Source: Tenericutes bacterium HGW-Tenericutes-5 (GTDB taxonomy: Bacteria > Bacillota_I > Bacilli_A > Izemoplasmatales > Hujiaoplasmataceae). From it: a DNA stretch of 37,335 bases. The notes below the pieces were generated by a model that ran no database searches, was not told the DNA's origin, and was given only the letters and a program-made list of their open reading frames with translations. Of the stretch, positions 9,066-16,160 are shown in pieces. A program made the translations under genes and the position numbers. The number at the start of each line of letters is the position of its first letter. Positions within the stretch are counted from its first letter, which is position 1. The stretch covers positions 1 to 37,335 of the forward strand of contig PGXI01000001.1 in the NCBI GenBank assembly GCA_002839125.1, written 5' to 3'.

Positions 9066-9889
9066 ACTTTTCTCACCAATAACTTATCAGCTAATTTTTC
9101 AAAAAAATGTTTGTACTTCATATCTTTGGCAGCTATTTCACCATTAGAATTTATCAACCCTAATTCTTTATCAAATGGTACTTCTAAAAGCACTTCAATA
9201 TTTTCAGATTCCGCAAAGTCATTAATTATTTTATGTTGGGATGCTTTATTAATTACTATACCAACTTTTTTTTCAAACACTTGAGTTAACTCATAAACCA
9301 TTTTTAAATTGTGTAAACCGAAAATTGTTGGTTCAGCAACTAATAAACAATAATCCGCATTTTTTATGCTCCCCATGACGCTGCATCCATTACCTGGTGG
9401 GCAATCAATAACTACATCTTCTAAAATGTCTTTTGAAATTTCGATTATTTCATCAATTATTTTTACACCAGTTTCTTCTTTTATATTCATTTCACCACCT
9501 ATGACTCGGTGACCTTCAAATTCTGTTTCTTTTATTGTTCCTATTGATTTTTTTACTTCAGTTATCGCAGAAACAGGACAAACCAGCTTACATCCACCAC
9601 AGGAATGACATAGTGAAGAGAAAACTCTCACCTTATCAATGATTATCGCTAAAGCATTAAACCTGCAAAAATCTGCACATTTTCCGCAAAGTGTACAAGC
9701 ATCGTGATCAATAACTGGAATATCTACATCAACTTGTTTTACAATTTTATCACCTTTGAAATATAAATCTCCATTGGGTTCTTCTACATCACAATCTAAA
9801 TAAGCTGCGTTTTTTATTACGTAAGCTAAATTTACCGATATAAATGTTTTTCCAGTTCCGCCTTTACCACTTAACACAGCTATTCTCAA
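9062..9889 (-). CDS. MinD/ParA-superfamily P-loop ATPase with inserted 2x[4Fe-4S] ferredoxin domain (paralogue)
   Basis: GKGGTGKTF; CTLCGKCADFC and CHSCGGCKLVCP; VVIDCPPG. TTG start, with SD AAGGAG inside the end of the upstream gene. Confidence 0.85.
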   Translation of the reverse strand: MRIAVLSGKGGTGKTFISVNLAYVIKNAAYLDCDVEEPNGDLYFKGDKIVKQVDVDIPVIDHDACTLCGKCADFCRFNALAIIIDKVRVFSSLCHSCGGCKLVCPVSAITEVKKSIGTIKETEFEGHRVIGGEMNIKEETGVKIIDEIIEISKDILEDVVIDCPPGNGCSVMGSIKNADYCLLVAEPTIFGLHNLKMVYELTQVFEKKVGIVINKASQHKIINDFAESENIEVLLEVPFDKELGLINSNGEIAAKDMKYKHFFEKLADKLLVRKV

Positions 9890-9890
9890 A

Positions 9891-10220
9891 CTAAATTAAC
9901 TCCTTTAAGTTCCCATCAAGAAAATCCTTGATATTTTCTTTTACAATAGAATCGTTAGGAATGAATACTTTAACATTACCTCTAAGCAGTTCCATGGATT
10001 TTTCACCAATTCTTGGCGAAATTATAATATCAGCTTTGTGTTTTAAAACGAATTCAGCCGTCTTAATGCCAACACCATGAGGGTTGTCTAAATGTTCATT
10101 TATATATGTTTCGCCAATCTGTTTTTGGGTATCATAAACATAAAAGTAGTTTGCTCTTCCAAAATTTTCTGAAATAAAAGATTTTTCACCGCTTGTTTTT
10201 GTTGGTATTACAATAATCAT
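9891..10220 (-). CDS. NifB/NifX-family (dinitrogenase FeMo-cofactor-binding fold) small protein
   Basis: 109 aa. SENFGRANYFYVYD... and GVGIKTAEFVLKHKADIIISPRIGEKSMELL match the NifX/NifB C-terminal domain pattern. SD AAGGAGA. Confidence 0.75.
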   Translation of the reverse strand: MIIVIPTKTSGEKSFISENFGRANYFYVYDTQKQIGETYINEHLDNPHGVGIKTAEFVLKHKADIIISPRIGEKSMELLRGNVKVFIPNDSIVKENIKDFLDGNLKELI

Positions 10221-10241
10221 AATAATTCATCTCCTTAAAGT

Positions 10242-10269
10242 GTAATAAGCGACCAAGGTCGCTTATTAC
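10242..10269 (-). other. 13-bp-stem intercistronic hairpin without a U-tract
   Basis: GTAATAAGCGACC-AA-GGTCGCTTATTAC starts 3 nt after the DUF5320 stop and is followed by the SD of the next gene, not by a T-run. Confidence 0.6.
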
Positions 10270-10272
10270 TTA

Positions 10273-10488
10273 TTATTTTTCTTCTAAATTCTTGTCGATA
10301 TCTTTTAGTCTTTGTTCTAATAGTTCTTTTTCCTTTAACAAATCTTCTTTTGTGTAAGAAGATTGGAGATTTCTTCCGTAACCCATTCCAAAGCCAGTTC
10401 TATTTCCATCTCTGCGATTACAATTACCCATTCTTCTTCCTGTTAAAGGCCCATAACCATTAGGTCCAGTACCATCTCTTCTTGGCAT
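10273..10488 (-). CDS. DUF5320-family small protein
   Basis: MPRRDGTGPNGYGPLTGRRMGNC... followed by a coiled-coil tail (KEKELLEQRLKDIDKNLEE). The start is moved to ATG 10488, 5 nt after SD GGAGGTG; the 13 codons upstream in the ORF track have no SD. Confidence 0.8.
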   Translation of the reverse strand: MPRRDGTGPNGYGPLTGRRMGNCNRRDGNRTGFGMGYGRNLQSSYTKEDLLKEKELLEQRLKDIDKNLEEK

Positions 10489-10504
10489 AATAACACCTCC
10501 ATTT

Positions 10505-10518
10505 TTGACATATGTCAA
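10505..10518 (-). promoter_or_regulatory. perfect 14-bp palindrome between the -10 and the SD; candidate operator
   Basis: TTGACATATGTCAA lies 13 nt downstream of the -10 hexamer of the promoter at 10532-10559. Confidence 0.45.
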
Positions 10519-10531
10519 TAACATCAACTTT

Positions 10532-10559
10532 ATTATACCACTATAAAAACAATTGTCAA
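10532..10559 (-). promoter_or_regulatory. consensus sigma70 promoter of the DUF5320 operon
   Basis: Minus strand: TTGACA (10554-10559, directly abutting the arcA stop), 16-nt spacer ending in TGG, TATAAT (10532-10537). Confidence 0.7.
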
Positions 10560-11786
10560 CTATTCTCTTTCAAAAGGCATAGACATACATCTAGGTCCGC
10601 CCCTACCTCTAGATAATTCACTAGATGGCATTTTATGAATCTTGATTCCATTTTGCTCCAAAAGACTATTAGTAATATGATTTCTTTCATAAACAATTAC
10701 TTCACCCGGTCTAATTACAATTGTATTAGCTCCATCGTTCCACTGTTCTCTATCACTAGCCACAGGATCATCTTCACCACCACATGGAATAAGTGTAATA
10801 TTTCTTCCTAAATATTTAGATAAGATATCATCTAATTTCCCTTCAATTGGCAAAACGTCAAGTTTTTCTTTATGCGTTTTTGATTTTGTAACTTCGTAGG
10901 CTTTAATAACATGTCTTAATTCTTGATGAATTAAGAATTTATCATAATCAACCTGCGTAAATACAGTATCTAAATGCATAAAAGCTCTACTCTTAGGGAT
11001 ATCAAAAGCTAAGACTATTTCAAAATCGGTTTTATTGTAATAGAATAAGTTTTTTGCTAATCTTTCAATTGCTGCTGGATGAGTTCTTTCAGAAACGCCG
11101 ACAGCCAATATCTTGTCGTTTAATACAAGAATATCTCCACCCTCTAATGTTGGTACCAGCTGACGATTATAGTAATGAGGAATATCTTTGTTTCCATAAA
11201 TCGGATGATATTTAAAGATATATTCTCCATAGATAGTTTCTCTTGATCTTGTTACTGAAAACATCTTTGAAATTGAAACTCCATTAGCAATAATTGAAAA
11301 TGGGTCTCTGGTAAAATATAAATTCGGCATTGGATCAGTAACGAACGGATAATCACGAATATAATCTGATAAAGTTCTTTTTGTGAAATTTGGAACTTCA
11401 TCTTTTCTAATTCCTGCCATCGTAGCACTTACCATTTTCTTTGTAATCTTCATGGACTTTAAATAATCGAAAATTAATAGTTTTAAAGTATCGCTTGTTA
11501 TTGAGGCTTCTTCAATGAATTGATTGATAAATTCATTTTTTACATCTTCAGATGTTTCTAAAGCTTCAGCTACCAAATCAACTAAATACAATACTTCAAC
11601 ACCATTTTTTCTAAATATATCTGCAAAAGCATCATGTTCCTTTTGCGCTAGATCTAACCAAGGGATATCATCAAACAATAGTTGGTTCAACCATTTTGGA
11701 GTTAGGTTTTCGAGTTCTCTTCCCGGTCTATGTAAAAGCACTTTCTTTAATTCTTTAATTTCTGATTTCACATTTAATAAACTCAT
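10560..11786 (-). CDS. arcA: arginine deiminase
   Basis: 408 aa with typical ArcA N-terminus (EIKELKKVLLHRPG.EL..LTP) and C-terminal catalytic Cys motif GGPRCMSMP. SD AGAGAGGA. Confidence 0.9.
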   Translation of the reverse strand: MSLLNVKSEIKELKKVLLHRPGRELENLTPKWLNQLLFDDIPWLDLAQKEHDAFADIFRKNGVEVLYLVDLVAEALETSEDVKNEFINQFIEEASITSDTLKLLIFDYLKSMKITKKMVSATMAGIRKDEVPNFTKRTLSDYIRDYPFVTDPMPNLYFTRDPFSIIANGVSISKMFSVTRSRETIYGEYIFKYHPIYGNKDIPHYYNRQLVPTLEGGDILVLNDKILAVGVSERTHPAAIERLAKNLFYYNKTDFEIVLAFDIPKSRAFMHLDTVFTQVDYDKFLIHQELRHVIKAYEVTKSKTHKEKLDVLPIEGKLDDILSKYLGRNITLIPCGGEDDPVASDREQWNDGANTIVIRPGEVIVYERNHITNSLLEQNGIKIHKMPSSELSRGRGGPRCMSMPFERE

Positions 11787-11799
11787 AAAAATCCTCTCT

Positions 11800-13182
11800 T
11801 TACTTGATTGGTTTAAATTCTGCAGTAAAATGCCTTAAGATAGGGGACTCATAAACGAATTCCAATCCTTTTAGTTTTGGCCCTCTTTTACTTACTTCAA
11901 TCAAACACTCAGCTACATAATTCAAGTGTTCTAACGTATATGTTCTACGTGGTATAGTCAGTCTTAAAAATTCTTTATCCGCTCTTAGATTTTCATGAGT
12001 GTCTGGATCTCTACCTAATAAAAGTGATCCGATTTCTACCGCTCTTATTCCGCCTTCAAGGTATAACTCGTTACAAATAACTTGGGCAGGAAATTGGTTA
12101 AAAGGAATTTGTGGACAGATTGCTCCACAATCAACAAATACCGCGTGTCCACCAGTCGGATACTGAATAGGAACTCCTCCAGCTCTTAATTTATCTCCTA
12201 AATATCTAATTTCATCAAGACGATATTGTAAATAATCTTCTTCTAAAGCTTCTTTTAAGCCAACAGCTAAAGCATCCATATCCCTTCCGGATAACCCACC
12301 ATATGTTGGGAACCCTTCCATCGGTATGACTCTAACCTGACAAGCTCTAAACATTTCTTCATTATCTTTTATCGCTATTAACCCACCGATATTAACAAGA
12401 CCATCTTTTTTACTACTCATTAAAAACAAGTCAGCTAAATCAAATTGCTCTCTCGCTATATCTTTAACAGATTTATTTTCATAACCTTTTTCTCTAAGTT
12501 TGATAAAATATGCGTTTTCAGCATATCTAGCCCCATCGATAACTACAGGTATGCCATTTTCTCTGGCAATCTTATTAACTTCACGCATATTCTCTAAAGA
12601 TACTGGTTGTCCGCCAGCGGAATTATTAGTAATAGTCATGATAATTGCGGCAATATTTTCTTTTTTCTTATCTGCGATTATCTCTTTTAATTTTAATAAA
12701 TCAAAATTACCTTTAAAAGGATAATCCAACTCCAGATCAAAACACTCTTTACAAACACAATCAATCGCTCTACCACCAGCTAATTCTACATGGGCTCTAG
12801 TTGTATCAAAATGAATATTTGATATAACATACATCCCTGGTCTTTTAATTAAGTTCGGTAAAGCAACTTGTTCAGCTCCCCTGCCTTGATGAGCCGGAAT
12901 TACATACTTATATCCTGTAATCTCTTTAACCGCCGCTTCTAGGCGATAAAAGCTTCTAGAACCAGCATATGCTTCATCACCCATCATCAATGCTCCCCAT
13001 TGAAAATGAGACATTGCTCCTGTTCCTGAATCAGTTAAAAGATCAATAAAAACATCTTCTGATTTTAATCTAAAAGGATTAAAACCCGCCTGTTCTAATT
13101 TCTTTTCTCTTTCTGCTTTTGAAATAAGTTTTATTGGTTCCACCATTTTGATTTTAAATGGGGGTAAAGAATAATTTTTCAT
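11800..13182 (-). CDS. tnaA: beta-eliminating lyase, tryptophanase-like (tryptophanase / tyrosine phenol-lyase family)
   Basis: [12 protein letters not shown] and the PLP-Lys motif [18 protein letters not shown] carries Asp at the substrate-specificity position where TPL has Thr (FTTTR). GFPTYGG resembles TnaA rather than TPL (GMPSYGG). Comparison is to remembered E. coli and C. freundii sequences. Confidence 0.7.
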   Translation of the reverse strand: MKNYSLPPFKIKMVEPIKLISKAEREKKLEQAGFNPFRLKSEDVFIDLLTDSGTGAMSHFQWGALMMGDEAYAGSRSFYRLEAAVKEITGYKYVIPAHQGRGAEQVALPNLIKRPGMYVISNIHFDTTRAHVELAGGRAIDCVCKECFDLELDYPFKGNFDLLKLKEIIADKKKENIAAIIMTITNNSAGGQPVSLENMREVNKIARENGIPVVIDGARYAENAYFIKLREKGYENKSVKDIAREQFDLADLFLMSSKKDGLVNIGGLIAIKDNEEMFRACQVRVIPMEGFPTYGGLSGRDMDALAVGLKEALEEDYLQYRLDEIRYLGDKLRAGGVPIQYPTGGHAVFVDCGAICPQIPFNQFPAQVICNELYLEGGIRAVEIGSLLLGRDPDTHENLRADKEFLRLTIPRRTYTLEHLNYVAECLIEVSKRGPKLKGLEFVYESPILRHFTAEFKPIK

Positions 13183-13234
13183 CTACACTCTCCTCTCGAT
13201 AATCTACTTATGAAAACCCTTTCTTTCCTTAACA

Positions 13235-13263
13235 ATTATACTATAAATACAAACTTTAGTAAA
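13235..13263 (-). promoter_or_regulatory. candidate promoter of tnaA-arcA
   Basis: Minus strand: TTTACT (13258-13263), 17-nt spacer, TATAAT (13235-13240). Confidence 0.45.
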
Positions 13264-13277
13264 TGCAAACTTGGGCG

Positions 13278-13311
13278 AAAAAAAAGATTAGAATCTTATC
13301 AATTCTAATCT
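13278..13311 (-). terminator. rho-independent terminator ending the photolyase operon
   Basis: Stem AGATTAGAAT / ATTCTAATCT with a 7-nt loop. It overlaps the Nudix stop codon and is followed on the minus strand by T7. Confidence 0.8.
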
Positions 13312-13721
13312 TTAAATATTATATCTCGATGTAATTTATAGATTTCTATCATGTGACCGATATTACCTTCTCCAGCAAACTTTTCGGTATCATAGAAATT
13401 CTCTTCGATATCAATCCAATGAAGTTTGTGAACTTCTTCAATCAATTCTACGTCTTCTTTAAGTTTTCCAATAAAAACAATCATTTTCATGTCAATCGGA
13501 TGCCAAACAAAATCCATAAACATTGATAGTAATATATCGTTTTTGGTTATTCCGGTCTCTTCAAATAATTCCCTATAAGCACTAGCTAAATAGTCTTCAC
13601 CGTTTTCAATTTTACCGCCAACAAGATTAAACTTACCAATATATGGATTTTTTGATCTATGACACATTAAAACTTTATCTTCATTCTTATTTAAAACTAA
13701 AATCAAGTTAAATAACTTCAT
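13305..13721 (-). CDS. Nudix hydrolase (MutT-like size)
   Basis: Nudix box GGKIENGEDYLASAYRELFEETG. 138 aa. Confidence 0.85.
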   Translation of the reverse strand: MKLFNLILVLNKNEDKVLMCHRSKNPYIGKFNLVGGKIENGEDYLASAYRELFEETGITKNDILLSMFMDFVWHPIDMKMIVFIGKLKEDVELIEEVHKLHWIDIEENFYDTEKFAGEGNIGHMIEIYKLHRDIIFKD

Positions 13722-13728
13722 CCAAAAA

Positions 13729-14124
13729 TTACCAAATCCAATGATAAATCAAATATGTTAATAAACTAATAGAAGTTGATAAGAAGGTTCCCCAAATTAA
13801 ATCCACGATAGTAACTGTGATTGGCCAATCTTTTAAAGTTGCTAAATTAGTTAAATCATATGTTGCATAAGTCATGAATCCAAAAACTGCACCAGTTAAA
13901 ACAACCTTACCTAAGTCTTTAGCTTCTATGCCTGATTTTAGGAAAAATACAAGCCCAACAATAAACAGTAAATAAAACACTAAAGCCGCAATAAAGTTAG
14001 GTCTTTCAGCCATCAAATGACCGATTTGAGCTTTATAAAACTTCGGAGCCACTAATCCTAACCAGATAGCGTCAATAGCTAAAAACACCACAAAAGCTAT
14101 CGCATACATTTTAATAAAATTCAT
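13729..14124 (-). CDS. DUF2177-family 4-TM membrane protein
   Basis: 131 aa with four hydrophobic helices. The pattern IDAIWLG...P.FY matches DUF2177 as I remember it. SD AAGGGG lies inside the photolyase 3' end, with a 2-nt gap. Confidence 0.6.
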   Translation of the reverse strand: MNFIKMYAIAFVVFLAIDAIWLGLVAPKFYKAQIGHLMAERPNFIAALVFYLLFIVGLVFFLKSGIEAKDLGKVVLTGAVFGFMTYATYDLTNLATLKDWPITVTIVDLIWGTFLSTSISLLTYLIYHWIW

Positions 14125-14126
14125 AA

Positions 14127-15362
14127 TTATTCCCCTTTTCTTATTTCATTCATTTTTACTACATAATCTTCAATATTAAACTTTCTTTTTAAGCCATTGT
14201 CATTCATATATCTTAACTTACCAAATATTGGTCTTTCAGTCCAAGCTCTGTCATGTTTTCCAAAACACCAAGCCACACCACAATACCCATTTGGAGTAAA
14301 CCCATCAATAAAGTAATAATTATTTAACTCAATCGCAATATCATATGCTTCTTCATAACTTCTAGACCATTCTATAATTTTCTTACACCAATACATTCTC
14401 ATATAAGAATGCATTCTACCTGTATAAACCATCTCAATCATGGCCGCGTTAAAATATGGATCATGAGTATTAAAATTAATATAATCTTCTTTAGAATAAA
14501 TATACTCTCTTTTATCCTTTAAGTGTTGATTCATTGATTTATATGCCCAGTCATATGTCATATATTGAAATTGATCATATGTAGGATTAAAGTAGACAAA
14601 GTTATATGCAAGTTCTCTTCTTACAATTAACTCTTCTAAAAAAGCATCCTTATTTTCAGTATTTACTTTAGCTAACCGATCAAAAATTGTCACTGGTGAT
14701 ATAAATCCATATTTTAAGTATGCACTAAGTAAAGAGGTGTAATTTAATGATGGATCATTATGTAAATGGTAATTATCTAATTTATTTTCAATAAAATTAT
14801 CTAAAATTCTTAGCGCTTCTTTTTCACCAATTGTTGTTGGCATATTATCAAGCACTGAAATTCGATATTCATTAAGTTTTGAATTAATCTTATTTCTAAT
14901 TGTTCTGGCTGAATATTCTTCTTTATCAGAAGCTACTGATACTGGAACAAAAACATTTGACTCAACGGTAAAAAGATTTATGTTATTTGTTAAGCATTTT
15001 TGCTTAATTTGTTCATATTGATTTATGTCGAAGCGCAAATAGGCTTTATCTACAAAAATTGAATTAAAACCTGCTAATAAATCATATAACTTATCGTTTC
15101 TTTTTACATATTTAACACTGTCAGAAAAAAGCTTTAAATTATCAACCAAATCAATAGTATTTTGTTCAAAAAATTCTATATTTCGAGGATTCTCTTCATA
15201 AGGTTCAACGACAACTATCTCTAGTTTTAATTGATAAAATTTTGCATGATTTATAGCTTCATAAAGAGAATAATTATTTCTTATCCTAAATGATTTGGTC
15301 ATAATATAAAGGCATTTTTTATTATCGTTATTAAATTCTAATATTTTAAGTATTCTACTCAT
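14127..15362 (-). CDS. phr: class II CPD deoxyribodipyrimidine photolyase
   Basis: Class II signature blocks: KEEYSARTIR, FLEELIVRRELAYNF, THDPYFNAA, GRMHSYMRMYWCKKIIEW, PNGYCGVAWCFGKHDRAWTERPIFGKLRYMN..GLKRKF. The start abuts the upstream stop (TAAATG). Confidence 0.88.
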   Translation of the reverse strand: MSRILKILEFNNDNKKCLYIMTKSFRIRNNYSLYEAINHAKFYQLKLEIVVVEPYEENPRNIEFFEQNTIDLVDNLKLFSDSVKYVKRNDKLYDLLAGFNSIFVDKAYLRFDINQYEQIKQKCLTNNINLFTVESNVFVPVSVASDKEEYSARTIRNKINSKLNEYRISVLDNMPTTIGEKEALRILDNFIENKLDNYHLHNDPSLNYTSLLSAYLKYGFISPVTIFDRLAKVNTENKDAFLEELIVRRELAYNFVYFNPTYDQFQYMTYDWAYKSMNQHLKDKREYIYSKEDYINFNTHDPYFNAAMIEMVYTGRMHSYMRMYWCKKIIEWSRSYEEAYDIAIELNNYYFIDGFTPNGYCGVAWCFGKHDRAWTERPIFGKLRYMNDNGLKRKFNIEDYVVKMNEIRKGE

Positions 15363-16148
15363 TTATTTCTTGGGAAACCAGGGAATAAATGCATTTGTTT
15401 TTTTTGCGTATTCATCCCAACCAGGGGCTTCCTTCATCTTTCTTTCTAACATAGGAACACCGCTAACAAATCTCAGTAAGTAAGTTATAACAATTGGGCT
15501 AATTATTGATAGGTACTTCCAGAAAGAATCTGTTGGCATTGCTAAAACAACAATGAACAAACCCCACCACATAACTGCTTCACCAAAATAATTAGGATGC
15601 CTTGTATATTTCCATAATCCAGTAGTCATTAATTTTTGCAATTTATTCTTATTAGCAATATGTTTTTTTAATTGATAATCTCCTACAACTTCAAAGAAGT
15701 AACCGAAAATCCAAACTAAAACACCAATAACAACTAATATCCAACTGAAACCACTATCAAGCCCTGGAGTAACATTAATCCAAAACACTCCCAAACCAAC
15801 AACAAACATAAATAATCCTTGAAGCATAAAAACTTGTAAGAAAGCACGAGGCACTACCCATTTACCCCAGTCCTCACGCCACTTTTTATATCTAAAATCT
15901 TCTTCAGCAAAAATGTTTCTTTTTAAAATATAATAGAAAAGTCTTAATCCCCATAAACTAACCAAAACATTAACAATAATTTTATCAATGCCATAATCAG
16001 CTTTTACAAAGAAGAGAATCCAAGCCGTCACTACAAACCCTAATCCCCAGCCGATATCCACAATGCTATTATTCTTAATAATTGTTGCGACTACAAAAAA
16101 GACTAAAAAATAGATAAATATAACTAAAGCTGCTAATTCGATTCCCAT
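15363..16148 (-). CDS. DUF1295-family polytopic membrane protein (steroid-5-alpha-reductase/ICMT-like)
   Basis: About 6-7 TM helices. The C-terminal motif [19 protein letters not shown] is typical of DUF1295. SD AAGGAGA. Confidence 0.75.
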   Translation of the reverse strand: MGIELAALVIFIYFLVFFVVATIIKNNSIVDIGWGLGFVVTAWILFFVKADYGIDKIIVNVLVSLWGLRLFYYILKRNIFAEEDFRYKKWREDWGKWVVPRAFLQVFMLQGLFMFVVGLGVFWINVTPGLDSGFSWILVVIGVLVWIFGYFFEVVGDYQLKKHIANKNKLQKLMTTGLWKYTRHPNYFGEAVMWWGLFIVVLAMPTDSFWKYLSIISPIVITYLLRFVSGVPMLERKMKEAPGWDEYAKKTNAFIPWFPKK

Positions 16149-16160
16149 ATTTATTTCTCC

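Noticed and set aside
11800-13182. Calling the beta-eliminating lyase a tyrosine phenol-lyase
   Set aside because: The PLP-Lys loop resembles TPL. However, the specificity position has Asp (FDTT) as in tryptophanase, not Thr (FTTT), and GFPTYGG matches TnaA. It is kept as tryptophanase-like with reduced confidence.
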